64,000 bases of DNA from Escherichia coli (GCF_003018115.1 NZ_CP027457.1); one strand, 5' to 3'; shown: positions 1-9,256, counted from the stretch's first letter. Notes: generated by a model from the letters alone, not told the origin. Made by a program: numbers and translations.

Positions 1-1193
1 GGCATCTCGACGGTCATGACTATTTCGGCACTGGCGAGTGTCCGCCGGAGTGGGACGCTGATTACTGGTTCGATGGAGCGAACTATCTTAGCGAACTGAC
101 GGAAAAAGAGATTAGCCTGTGGCGCAATGGCCTAAACAGCGTCGAAGATTTACAGGCGAACCATATCGACGAAACCTTCACCTGGGCGCACCGCATCAGC
201 AATCGGGCGGTGGATTTTCTGCAACAGCCCGCGCGCACCGAGGAACCCTTCCTGATGGTGGTTTCGTATGATGAGCCGCATCACCCGTTCACCTGTCCGG
301 TGGAGTATTTAGAGAAATACGCTGATTTTTACTACGAGCTGGGCGAGAAAGCACAGGATGACCTGGCTAACAAACCGGAACATCACCGCTTATGGGCGCA
401 GGCGATGCCATCGCCAGTCGGTGATGACGGGCTTTATCACCATCCGCTCTATTTTGCCTGTAATGACTTTGTTGATGACCAAATCGGACGGGTCATCAAT
501 GCCTTAACGCCAGAGCAACGTGAAAATACGTGGGTTATTTATACCTCCGATCACGGCGAAATGATGGGCGCACATAAGCTGATCAGTAAAGGGGCGGCGA
601 TGTATGACGACATCACCCGCATTCCGCTGATCATCCGTTCGCCGCAAGGGGAGCGGCGACAGGTCGATACGCCAGTCAGTCATATCGATTTACTGCCGAC
701 AATGATGGCGCTGGCAGATATTGAAAAACCAGAGATTCTGCCGGGGGAAAATATCCTTGCAGTGAAAGAGCCACGCGGTGTAATGGTGGAATTTAACCGC
801 TACGAGATTGAGCATGACAGCTTTGGCGGTTTTATTCCGGTGCGTTGCTGGGTGACGGATGACTTTAAACTGGTGCTCAACCTCTTCACCAGTGATGAAC
901 TTTACGATCGCCGTAATGATCCAAATGAAATGCATAACCTGATCGATGATATCCGTTTTGCCGACGTGCGCAGCAAAATGCATGACGCCTTATTGGATTA
1001 CATGGACAAAATTCGCGATCCGTTCCGCAGTTACCAATGGAGCCTGCGTCCGTGGCGTAAAGATGCACGGCCGCGCTGGATGGGGGCGTTTCGTCCACGC
1101 CCACAAGATGGCTATTCGCCAGTGGTACGCGACTATGACACCGGCCTACCGACACAAGGGGTGAAGGTGGAAGAGAAAAAACAGAAGTTCTGA
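1..1193 (+). CDS. yidJ: Sulfatase-family protein, 5' end cut by the window edge
   Basis: Frame 3 is open from base 3 to the TGA at 1191-1193, so the ORF-track start at 210 is internal. Sulfatase-like segments are present (YTSDHGEMMGAHK, PLIIRSP). Synteny with yidI/H/G/F matches K-12 as I recall it. Confidence 0.85.
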   Translation, partial: HLDGHDYFGTGECPPEWDADYWFDGANYLSELTEKEISLWRNGLNSVEDLQANHIDETFTWAHRISNRAVDFLQQPARTEEPFLMVVSYDEPHHPFTCPVEYLEKYADFYYELGEKAQDDLANKPEHHRLWAQAMPSPVGDDGLYHHPLYFACNDFVDDQIGRVINALTPEQRENTWVIYTSDHGEMMGAHKLISKGAAMYDDITRIPLIIRSPQGERRQVDTPVSHIDLLPTMMALADIEKPEILPGENILAVKEPRGVMVEFNRYEIEHDSFGGFIPVRCWVTDDFKLVLNLFTSDELYDRRNDPNEMHNLIDDIRFADVRSKMHDALLDYMDKIRDPFRSYQWSLRPWRKDARPRWMGAFRPRPQDGYSPVVRDYDTGLPTQGVKVEEKKQKF

Positions 1194-1198
1194 CGATA

Positions 1199-1227
1199 AT
1201 GCCCGCTGATGATCACCCGGCGGGCAT
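1199..1227. terminator. GC-rich hairpin between convergent yidJ and yidI
   Basis: ATGCCCGC (1199-1206) pairs with GCGGGCAT (1220-1227). The U-tracts are weak in both directions. Confidence 0.4.
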
Positions 1228-1239
1228 TATTCAGGCTGC

Positions 1240-1689
1240 TTAAACCAGTGAACCGCCGGTCAGGAAGGAAAAGATAAGGAATATCAGCAAAATGCTGCAC
1301 ACGATGCCGATACCAAAAAGCAAGGTATGGAAAGCCAGCGTCCCGCCGCCAAAAACCAGCGCGCCGCGAATGCCCCAGCGATTTTCCTTACGCATACCGC
1401 CAATAAATGCGCAAAGTAGCGCAGCAATGGCCAGTGCGATACCGCTTTGATTGAGGATTTTATCGACATCTACGTCCTCTTTTTTCTCCACGGTGGTAAT
1501 TTTTTCGCCTTTTATTCCGGCGACAAGACCTCTTTTAATTTCAGCCGTTTTGTCCGCCACGATGCTTTCAAACGTTGGCGGTGGTGCGGAGAAAGGGCCG
1601 AATGAAAAGTGGATAATCCCCATCATTAAAGCGATGGCACCGAACAGCATGCCCAATGAACTGATTTTATTTTGAGCTATGATACCCAT
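1240..1689 (-). CDS. yidI: Small inner-membrane protein (149 aa, several hydrophobic helices)
   Basis: The ORF is intact, and the length and position match K-12 YidI as recalled. The sequence is strongly hydrophobic. Confidence 0.85.
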   Translation of the reverse strand: MGIIAQNKISSLGMLFGAIALMMGIIHFSFGPFSAPPPTFESIVADKTAEIKRGLVAGIKGEKITTVEKKEDVDVDKILNQSGIALAIAALLCAFIGGMRKENRWGIRGALVFGGGTLAFHTLLFGIGIVCSILLIFLIFSFLTGGSLV

Positions 1690-1797
1690 CTGACCTCCTT
1701 GTAGCGGATGGCAAAAGCATATCAGGAAACGGGCGGACGAAATTCTTAAAAAAAACCGCTAAAGGTAGAGCGTTAGTGAAATTGCAAAGGAGCAACA

Positions 1798-2145
1798 ATG
1801 AAAATTTCCCGCCTCGGAGAAGCGCCCGATTACCGCTTCTCGCTGGCTAATGAGCGTACTTTTCTGGCGTGGATCCGTACTGCACTAGGATTTCTGGCGG
1901 CGGGGGTTGGGCTTGATCAACTTGCGCCAGATTTCGCCACGCCCGTCATTCGTGAACTGTTGGCGTTGTTGTTGTGTCTGTTTTCCGGCGGGTTAGCGAT
2001 GTATGGCTACCTGCGCTGGTTACGCAATGAAAAAGCGATGCGTCTGAAAGAGGACCTGCCTTACACTAACAGCTTATTAATCATCAGCTTAATATTGATG
2101 GTCGTGGCGGTGATCGTTATGGGACTGGTGTTGTATGCCGGATAG
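1798..2145 (+). CDS. yidH: DUF202-type small membrane protein (115 aa)
   Basis: Contains the ERTFLAWIRT motif typical of the YidH/DUF202 family. Overlaps the next gene by 11 nt. Confidence 0.85.
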   Translation: MKISRLGEAPDYRFSLANERTFLAWIRTALGFLAAGVGLDQLAPDFATPVIRELLALLLCLFSGGLAMYGYLRWLRNEKAMRLKEDLPYTNSLLIISLILMVVAVIVMGLVLYAG

Positions 2146-2497
2146 CCGCAAAGCCAGACGCATTGCCGACCCAGGACTGCAGCCGGAGCGTACATCACTG
2201 GCGTGGTTTCGTACCATGCTGGGCTACGGCGCGTTGATGGCGTTGGCTATCAAACACAACTGGCACCAGGCGGGCATGTTATTCTGGATTTCGATTGGCA
2301 TCCTCGCCATCGTGGCGCTGATCCTCTGGCACTACACCCGTAATCGCAATTTAATGGATGTCACGAATAGCGATTTTTCCCAATTTCACGTAGTCCGTGA
2401 CAAATTTTTGATCTCCCTCGCGGTGTTATCTCTCGCAATACTGTTTGCTGTAACGCATATACATCAACTTATCGTATTTATTGAGAGAGTCGCATGA
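2135..2497 (+). CDS. yidG: DUF202-type small membrane protein (120 aa), paralogous to yidH
   Basis: Contains ERTSLAWFRT, the same motif class as yidH. An ATGA overlap couples it to yidF. Confidence 0.85.
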   Translation: MPDSRKARRIADPGLQPERTSLAWFRTMLGYGALMALAIKHNWHQAGMLFWISIGILAIVALILWHYTRNRNLMDVTNSDFSQFHVVRDKFLISLAVLSLAILFAVTHIHQLIVFIERVA

Positions 2498-2991
2498 CAG
2501 GAAGTCAGGTCATTGATGCTGAAGAGGACAGGCATAAACTGGTTGTAGAGTATAAGGATACTCTGCAACCTGCCGATTTTTATCACAATTTCAAACAGCG
2601 GGGCATCCGCTCCGTACAGCTTATTCCCCATCTTGAATTTGATGACCGGGGCGATATGACGGCCGCTTCGGTGACAGCAGAGCTGTGGGGGAAATTTTTA
2701 ATTGCCCTGTTTGAGTGTTGGGTGCGGGCAGATATCAGTCGTATTTCGATTGAGCTTTTTGATGCCACTTTACAAAAATGGTGTGGCAGCGAAAACCCGC
2801 ACCCGCGCCGTGACTGCCAGGCGTGCGACTGGCATCGGCTGTGTCCGCACGCTCGGGAGGAGACGCCAGACAACGTGCTTTGTGCGGGCTATCAGGCGTT
2901 TTATTCTTACTCCGCACCGCATATGCGGGTGATGCGTGATCTGATAAAGCAGCATCGTTCTCCCATGGAGCTGATGACGATGCTGCGGTGA
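2494..2991 (+). CDS. yidF: Truncated anaerobic sulfatase-maturase-like protein (C-terminal Cys-rich part only, 165 aa)
   Basis: The C-terminal half is Cys-rich (CQACDWHRLCPH...CAGY). No CxxxCxxC radical-SAM motif is present. Position and length match K-12 YidF as recalled. Confidence 0.8.
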   Translation: MTGSQVIDAEEDRHKLVVEYKDTLQPADFYHNFKQRGIRSVQLIPHLEFDDRGDMTAASVTAELWGKFLIALFECWVRADISRISIELFDATLQKWCGSENPHPRRDCQACDWHRLCPHAREETPDNVLCAGYQAFYSYSAPHMRVMRDLIKQHRSPMELMTMLR

Positions 2992-2998
2992 TGTGCGC

Positions 2999-4183
2999 TT
3001 AAACGGGCTGCCCCTGATGCGACATCCGCGTCGCCAGCGGTAGCCAGCACAGCACGATCAACAATCCCATTAAGGTCATCAACAACCCCAGGCTGCCCTG
3101 ACCGGTTTGCGGCAACATCGCTGATAGCGACGCCAGCACGCCGGAACCAATGTTTTGCAGACCACCGACCAGCGCGCCAGCCGTGCCCGCCAGGAAGGGG
3201 AACGGCTCCATCGCGCCGCTGGTCGCCAGCGGAAACAGCATCCCGGCACCGAAAAAGAACAGCGCGGCGGGAACAAGCAGCGTCCAGACATTCATCACGC
3301 CAAACCAGTCGGGGATCCACATCAGCAAGCCAGCCAGCAGGCAGCAGATAACCGACTGCCACATCAACGTTGAGAAGCGTTTATTAGGACGCCCGGCAAA
3401 CCATGCCCCAAAAAATGCCGCCGGAATCGGCAGAATAAACAAAATACTGACCGTCATACTGCTCAGCCCTAACACCGCGCCCATCAGCACGCCGGAGCAG
3501 GCTTCAAAGGCGGCAATCCCGGCCAGACCGCCAATCAGCATCAGCAAATAACAGTTAAAACCGCCGTTACCGAAAAGCGTTTTATAACTGGTAAGCAGGC
3601 GCGTGCGCGGTGCATCGACCGGACGCGTTTCCGGCATCCAGCGGGCCATACTGAAGGTCACACCAGCACAAAGAACCAACAAAAAGAGATAACAGGCGCG
3701 CCAGTTCCACATCGTATCCAGCAGACCGCCGATTAGCGGTGCGAGCAACGGACTAACAAGAATCCCCATGTTTAACAGGCTGTTAGCATGGCGCAACTGT
3801 GTCCGTTCATATAAATCACGCGGCAAAGTACGCGCCATTACGCCGCCAACGCCGGTGCCCATCCCCTGCATCGCGCTGGCGGCAATTAACACCGTCAAAC
3901 TGGAGGTCGTGACCGCGACCAGCGTTGCCAGCATAAAAATGGACATTCCGATGAGGATCACCGGTCGGCGGCCCACGCGGTCGGAAATCGGGCCATAAAA
4001 CAGCTGTGAGACACCGTAAGTCAGCAGATAAGCGCCCATTACGCTCTGCACCGCCCCTTCACGGACGTTGAGATCGCGCGCCATATCGGCAATAGCTGGA
4101 ATATAAATGGTTTGCGCCATCTGACCGACGGCCACGAGTAATACCAACATCAATAACAAATTGACGTTTCTTTGCCTTTTCAT
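2999..4183 (-). CDS. emrD: MFS multidrug efflux transporter
   Basis: 394 aa when counted from the ATG at 4181-4183 (MKRQRNVNLL...). The ORF-track GTG at 4189 would add 2 aa. A 12-TM-like profile is apparent, and the sequence matches EmrD as recalled. Confidence 0.93.
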   Translation of the reverse strand: MKRQRNVNLLLMLVLLVAVGQMAQTIYIPAIADMARDLNVREGAVQSVMGAYLLTYGVSQLFYGPISDRVGRRPVILIGMSIFMLATLVAVTTSSLTVLIAASAMQGMGTGVGGVMARTLPRDLYERTQLRHANSLLNMGILVSPLLAPLIGGLLDTMWNWRACYLFLLVLCAGVTFSMARWMPETRPVDAPRTRLLTSYKTLFGNGGFNCYLLMLIGGLAGIAAFEACSGVLMGAVLGLSSMTVSILFILPIPAAFFGAWFAGRPNKRFSTLMWQSVICCLLAGLLMWIPDWFGVMNVWTLLVPAALFFFGAGMLFPLATSGAMEPFPFLAGTAGALVGGLQNIGSGVLASLSAMLPQTGQGSLGLLMTLMGLLIVLCWLPLATRMSHQGQPV

Positions 4184-4370
4184 TATCACGGATGCTTTTA
4201 TAAAAATAATTAGAATAAGTCACTACGCATTCCCATAAATGCGGGAGAGGAATCTATCACATTGATAAATGTTAGCCAGATATACGCCAGGAATGGGGAA
4301 TTGTTTAGCGGCAGAATATGTAAACAAAAGCGGCAATAAATGTTGCCGGGAGGGATTACGTGCGAACTGT

Positions 4371-4486
4371 AACCCTCTCCCTGAAAGGGCGAGGGGGAAA
4401 CCACCGTTCCCTTTCAGAAAATGAGCTAAACATTGCACGGGACGGTCCCCTCGCCCCTTTGGGGAGAGGGCTAGGGTGAGGGGCAC
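4371..4486. repeat. Pair of inverted GC-rich hairpin repeats (CCCTCTCCC...GGGCGAGGGG type)
   Basis: Copy A (4373-4397) reads CCCTCTCCC-TGAAA-GGGCGAGGGGG. Copy B (4447-4470) reads CCCCTCGCCC-CTTTG-GGGAGAGGG, which is approximately the reverse complement of A, followed by CTAGGGTGAGGGG. Confidence 0.6.
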
Positions 4487-4548
4487 AGGCAGCGCAGGTG
4501 CAAACATTCTGCTGGTAGAAGAAGCCCCCAACTCCAACCCGCACGCTA

Positions 4549-4582
4549 AATATAAAAGGGGAGCGGTTACCCGCTCCCCTTT
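4549..4582 (-). terminator. Rho-independent terminator of the tisAB transcript
   Basis: AAAGGGGAGCGG (4555-4566) pairs with CCGCTCCCCTTT (4571-4582). On the minus strand the hairpin is followed by TTTTATATTT. Confidence 0.75.
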
Positions 4583-4601
4583 GGTGCGACTTGAATCTGA
4601 A

Positions 4602-4691
4602 TTACTTCAGGTATTTCAGAACAGCATCAAGCAGTTGCAGTGCTGCAACAATGAGTTTGAGGATAAGAATGGCGATATCCACCAGGCTCAT
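4602..4691 (-). CDS. tisB: SOS-induced type I toxin, 29-aa membrane peptide
   Basis: The minus-strand translation is MSLVDIAILILKLIVAALQLLDAVLKYLK*, the TisB sequence as I recall it. It is too short for the ORF track, so I found it by reading the sequence. Confidence 0.92.
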   Translation of the reverse strand: MSLVDIAILILKLIVAALQLLDAVLKYLK

Positions 4692-4925
4692 ACGCGTCTC
4701 CTGTGGTTCAGGAGCACTGCCAGCTGACGTACCTTTCCGCTGCCTGTTGCCAGCTGTTGTGCACGCGGTATCTCAAGGAGAAACGTTGTGCTTGTTGACA
4801 TAACACAGTGTGCTCACGCGGGGTTAAGGCGCTGACGGCACCACCCGTTTCAGCCAGGACTTAGTGCGCCGGGTAACGATACGGCCCCCGCATAACACAT
4901 TGCGTACAGTGATATTATAGAAGTT

Positions 4926-4945
4926 TACTGTATAAATAAACAGTA
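4926..4945. promoter_or_regulatory. LexA box (SOS box) of the tisAB/istR-2 control region
   Basis: TACTGTATAAATAAACAGTA fits the CTGT-N8-ACAG consensus exactly. It lies between tisB and istR. Confidence 0.85.
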
Positions 4946-5051
4946 ATATTTAGACAAAACGTAAACTGTGATCGATACTCAACTATGTACTAAATACGTC
5001 AAAATTCGTGCCGAAATTGCGCGTTCTGCGCGGAACAGGTATACTTTCAGT

Positions 5052-5126
5052 GTTGACATAATACAGTGTGCTTTGCGGTTACCAGCCGCAGGCGGCTGAC
5101 GAAACCTCGCTCCGGCGGGGTTTTTT
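5052..5126 (+). ncRNA. istR: IstR-1 antitoxin sRNA (about 75 nt); the longer IstR-2 form would start upstream
   Basis: Positions 5052-5072 (GTTGACATAATACAGTGTGCT) repeat 4794-4814 on the same strand at 20 of 21 positions, which makes them complementary to the minus-strand tisAB mRNA. The RNA ends in the terminator CGCTCCGGCGGGGTTTTTT. Confidence 0.8.
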
Positions 5127-5255
5127 GTTACCTGCAACTCAGTACAAAACGTGATCAACCCCTCAATTTTCCCTTGCTGAAAAATTTTCCATTGTCTCCT
5201 CTGTAAAGCTGTGCTTGTATAAATATTGTTAAACACAAAACCAACAAGGTCCCCA

Positions 5256-5354
5256 ATGACTACTTCCATGTTCAACGCAAAACTACTACCAACTGCGCCA
5301 TCCGCCGCAGTGGTCGTCGTGCGTGTGGTGGTGGTCGTCGGCAATGCGCCGTAG
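5256..5354 (+). CDS. ivbL: ilvB operon leader peptide (Val/Leu-rich, 32 aa)
   Basis: Translates as MTTSMFNAKLLPTAPSAAVVVVRVVVVVGNAP*. The valine run is typical of the ilvBN attenuator leader. Confidence 0.9.
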   Translation: MTTSMFNAKLLPTAPSAAVVVVRVVVVVGNAP

Positions 5355-5381
5355 GGACTGGAACAACACACGATTCCAAAA

Positions 5382-5411
5382 CCCCGCCGGCGCAAACCGG
5401 GCGGGGTTTTT
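5382..5411 (+). terminator. ilvBN attenuator terminator
   Basis: CCCCGCC (5382-5388) pairs with GGCGGGG (5400-5406), followed by TTTTT. It sits between the leader peptide and ilvB. Confidence 0.8.
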
Positions 5412-5459
5412 CGTTTAAGCACCTCCCGGAAAGTCGGCCCAGAAGAAAAGGACTGGAGC

Positions 5460-7148
5460 ATGGCAAGTTCGGGCACATCATCGACGCGTAAGCGCTTTAC
5501 CGGCGCAGAATTTATCGTTCATTTCCTGGAACAGCAGGGCATTAAGATTGTGACGGGCATTCCGGGCGGTTCTATCCTGCCTGTTTACGATGCCTTAAGC
5601 CAAAGCACGCAAATCCGCCATATTCTGGCTCGCCATGAACAGGGCGCGGGGTTTATCGCTCAGGGAATGGCGCGCACCGACGGTAAACCGGCGGTCTGTA
5701 TGGCCTGTAGCGGACCGGGTGCGACTAACCTGGTGACCGCCATTGCCGATGCGCGGCTGGATTCCATCCCGCTGATTTGCATCACTGGTCAGGTTCCCGC
5801 CTCGATGATCGGTACCGACGCCTTCCAGGAAGTCGATACCTACGGCATCTCTATCCCCATCACCAAACACAACTATCTGGTCAGACATATCGAAGAACTC
5901 CCGCAGGTCATGAGCGATGCCTTCCGCATTGCGCAATCAGGCCGCCCTGGCCCGGTGTGGATAGACATTCCTAAGGATGTACAAACGGCAGTTTTTGAGA
6001 TTGAAGCTCAGCCCGCGGTGGCAGAAAAAGCCGCTGCACCCGCCTTTAGCGAAGAAAGCATTCGTGACGCGGCTGCGATGATTAACGCCGCCAAACGCCC
6101 GGTGCTTTATCTGGGTGGTGGTGTAATCAACGCACCTGCGCGGGTGCGTGAACTGGCGGAGAAAGCGCAACTGCCTACTACCATGACCTTAATGGCGCTG
6201 GGTATGCTGCCAAAAGCGCATCCGCTGTCGCTGGGTATGCTGGGGATGCACGGCGTGCGCAGCACCAACTATATTTTGCAGGAGGCGGATTTGTTGATTG
6301 TGCTCGGTGCGCGTTTTGATGACCGGGCGATTGGCAAAACCGAGCAGTTCTGCCCGAATGCCAAAATTATTCATGTCGATATCGACCGCGCAGAGCTGGG
6401 TAAAATCAAGCAACCGCATGTGGCGATTCAGGCGGATGTTGATGACGTGCTGGCGCAGTTGATCCCGCTGGTGGAAGCGCAACCGCGTGCAGAGTGGCAC
6501 CAGTTGGTGGCGGATTTGCAGCGCGAATTTCCGTGTCCAATCCCGAAAGCGTGCGATCCGTTAAGCCATTACGGCCTGATCAACGCCGTTGCCGCCTGTG
6601 TCGATGACAATGCAATTATCACCACCGACGTAGGTCAGCATCAGATGTGGACCGCGCAGGCTTATCCGCTCAATCGCCCACGCCAGTGGCTGACCTCCGG
6701 TGGGCTGGGCACGATGGGCTTTGGCCTGCCTGCGGCGATTGGCGCAGCGCTGGCGAACCCGGATCGCAAAGTGTTGTGTTTCTCCGGCGACGGCAGCCTG
6801 ATGATGAATATTCAGGAGATGGCGACCGCCAGTGAAAATCAGCTGGATGTCAAAATCATTCTGATGAACAACGAAGCGCTGGGGCTGGTGCATCAGCAAC
6901 AGAGTCTGTTCTACAAGCAGGGCGTTTTTGCCGCTACCTATCCGGGCAAAATCAACTTTATGCAGATTGCCGCCGGATTCGGCCTCGAAACCTGTGATTT
7001 GAATAACGAAGCCGATCCGCAGGCTGCATTGCAAGAAATCATCAATCGCCCTGGTCCGGCGCTGATCCATGTGCGTATTGATGCCGAAGAAAAAGTGTAC
7101 CCGATGGTGCCGCCAGGTGCGGCGAATACTGAAATGGTGGGGGAATAA
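5460..7148 (+). CDS. ilvB: Acetolactate synthase I, large subunit
   Basis: 562 aa. ThDP-enzyme motifs are present (GGLGTMGFGLPAAIGA, FSGDGS...NN). It is preceded by the leader and attenuator. Confidence 0.96.
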   Translation: MASSGTSSTRKRFTGAEFIVHFLEQQGIKIVTGIPGGSILPVYDALSQSTQIRHILARHEQGAGFIAQGMARTDGKPAVCMACSGPGATNLVTAIADARLDSIPLICITGQVPASMIGTDAFQEVDTYGISIPITKHNYLVRHIEELPQVMSDAFRIAQSGRPGPVWIDIPKDVQTAVFEIEAQPAVAEKAAAPAFSEESIRDAAAMINAAKRPVLYLGGGVINAPARVRELAEKAQLPTTMTLMALGMLPKAHPLSLGMLGMHGVRSTNYILQEADLLIVLGARFDDRAIGKTEQFCPNAKIIHVDIDRAELGKIKQPHVAIQADVDDVLAQLIPLVEAQPRAEWHQLVADLQREFPCPIPKACDPLSHYGLINAVAACVDDNAIITTDVGQHQMWTAQAYPLNRPRQWLTSGGLGTMGFGLPAAIGAALANPDRKVLCFSGDGSLMMNIQEMATASENQLDVKIILMNNEALGLVHQQQSLFYKQGVFAATYPGKINFMQIAAGFGLETCDLNNEADPQAALQEIINRPGPALIHVRIDAEEKVYPMVPPGAANTEMVGE

Positions 7149-7151
7149 GCC

Positions 7152-7442
7152 ATGCAAAACACAACTCATGACAACGTGATTCTGGAACTCACCGTTCGCA
7201 ACCATCCGGGCGTAATGACCCACGTTTGTGGCCTTTTTGCCCGCCGAGCTTTTAACGTTGAAGGCATTCTCTGCCTGCCGATTCAGGACAGCGACAAAAG
7301 CCACATCTGGCTACTGGTCAATGACGACCAGCGTCTGGAGCAGATGATAAGCCAGATAGACAAGCTGGAAGATGTGGTGAAAGTGCAGCGTAATCAGTCC
7401 GATCCGACGATGTTTAACAAGATTGCGGTGTTTTTTCAGTAA
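7152..7442 (+). CDS. ilvN: Acetolactate synthase I, small (regulatory) subunit
   Basis: 96 aa ACT-domain protein starting 4 nt after ilvB. Confidence 0.95.
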
Positions 7443-7476
7443 GGAGCGACATTAAACCGCTCGGGGGGTTTACTGA

Positions 7477-7494
7477 TGAGCGATTTTTGATAGA
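7477..7494 (+). promoter_or_regulatory. 18-bp box copy 1 (ATGAGCGATTTTTGATAG), MxiE-box-like
   Basis: Identical 18/18 to copy 2 although the flanks are unrelated. It lies about 210 nt upstream of the ATG at 7706. Confidence 0.6.
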
Positions 7495-7705
7495 TCCGTT
7501 CAGATATATAGGGTGAAATTGTGCCAGAGACCATCTCAGGCACAATTTATTAGCCCTGAACGTTAATTTAAGTCGCTGCACCAGTAATTTGGGGGTTAAC
7601 AGTTAGGGCTAAAATTTCCAGCGATGGTGTTAAATTCTGATTGCTGTCTATACCAATGGTCATGACCAGCATTCTATTAATTAATGGTTCATCGTGAGGT
7701 ATATT

Positions 7706-9001
7706 ATGGCAAGCCCTATAAACAGCGGAACAATGATGTCAAATCCCAGCCCTTCCACCTTTTTGGATAAAAATAGAATTATTGCTGCTGAGCTTAATAT
7801 CACAAATAACGAGAAAAAATATTCACCTGGCAGTAATTTCGCAAAATGGATGTTGCAGGAAATAAAGCGCTTAATAGCAAATATTATGTCCGGTTCTCGC
7901 AGTGTTAATACCGAAATTCTTAACTATTTCCACCCTATGCCAGGCACGGAAAATAATGGTAATCGTACCTGGATGGCGGCAACTGGAGAGAACGAATATA
8001 CCGTAATTGAACAAACAGGTGACAAATCATTTAATGTTTTTTAGGTTGGTGCAGGTAAAAATAACATAAAAGAAATATTGGGGAATACATCATATTCTGG
8101 AGTAGCTGTAGCGACTATTATCAAATCGCTATCTGAAAAAACTGCTGCGTTAGAAACACATTCTGCTGACACGGTTTTGAAGAAAAAATTAGTTAATAGT
8201 ATTGTTCTGATGAATGCGGATTGTAATTACGAAATGCCTGCAGAAATTTTGAGTAATACATATGATTTATTAAACCTGCGAATTCAAAAAGATGAGGGGC
8301 ATTTGCCTGTTCAGGAAAAAATTGATATTGATGATGATTATTTACACTCTATGACTATGGATGCTCATAGATGTATAAAAGAACAAACTAAACCAAGTGG
8401 TGCTGCAAAAATAACTTGCTGTGGTGTTGAGTTAAGTAAAGATATTCTTAAAAAGTTTGCAAACAAAATTGAAAAAATTGAACAAGATCCAAAATATATT
8501 CAAAACACACTTGAAGAAATGGTTAAACAGCTTTGCTTTGATGTTAATGATTGTGCTGAGGTAAGAGAATTATTACGGCAATCAAACGGTAATATTACGA
8601 ATGATAAGATTGATGAAATAATAGCTTGCTTAGCCAGCCCTCAGGGGATTACATGTTTTTATTATTCTTCCGCACAAGGCTATCAGAGTCGCTTACAACA
8701 CACATCTCAAGATGTTCGCGAGTTACTCTCAAAGAGTTTGGATGGTGCCGCTTCATCAACATTGCATTTAAAAAAATCAGGAAATGCATTTTTTGGGTCT
8801 GGAAAGTATCTTAATGAAATGGATTTCACTATGAATGGGTTTAGTCAGAAAATATATTTGATGGCGGTTAATAAAATTGAAAATGAAGTTAAGCTTCAGT
8901 GTGCTCGTTATTTTACTACCGGTAGGGTCGACGAACAAAACTCTAAAATCGATAAAGTCGCTTTTACATTTTCCGCTACCGCAACAACAGCTGATTTATG
9001 A
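7706..9001 (+). pseudogene. Unknown-function protein, paralog of 9257-10696, interrupted by one in-frame TAG (8042-8044); candidate T3SS effector
   Basis: ORFs 7694-8044 and 8078-9001 are in the same frame and separated only by a TAG. The joined product aligns along its length with the downstream paralog (NYFHPMPG...TWMAATGENEYTVIEQTGDKSFNVF vs SYFHVTPE...TWIATTGMDSYIKIEQTGSDKFKV; ITCCGVEL vs IISCCGVKI; IIACLASPQGITCFYYSSAQGY vs IISCLSSISGIGNLYYACSQAF). An SD GTGAGGT precedes the ATG at 7706. Confidence 0.7.
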
Positions 9002-9074
9002 TTTTTTCTTCATAAAGCGCGTTTGTCATTAAGGTGAGCGCGTATTCTTAACCGTCTGTGCGTAAACAGTCTTT

Positions 9075-9092
9075 TTGAAAAAAAATGAGCGA
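9075..9092 (+). promoter_or_regulatory. 18-bp box copy 2 (ATGAGCGATTTTTGATAG)
   Basis: Lies about 165 nt upstream of the ATG at 9257. Confidence 0.6.
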
Positions 9093-9256
9093 TTTTTGAT
9101 AGTGAGTAAATTGTTTTGGTGATGCAATTGCATTGGGAAAATCGTTAAAAATTAACGACACTAAAATATAGCGGTTAGCATTGACATATTTATCATGCTA
9201 ACCATTGATGCTTCTAAAATGTCAAAATATGCAAAGTGTCATATTGCGAGGTTACT

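Noticed and set aside
4223-4544. 104-aa and 62-aa minus-strand ORFs between emrD and tisB
   Set aside because: They run through the GC-rich hairpin repeats, giving translations such as LALSPKGRGD. They have no SD and are typical spurious repeat-derived ORFs.
4979-5481. 165-aa and 69-aa minus-strand ORFs
   Set aside because: They cover istR-1, the ivbL leader and the ilvB attenuator on the opposite strand. The region is fully explained by those known elements.
6561-7304. 247-aa minus-strand ORF
   Set aside because: It is antisense to ilvB/ilvN and is therefore a shadow ORF.
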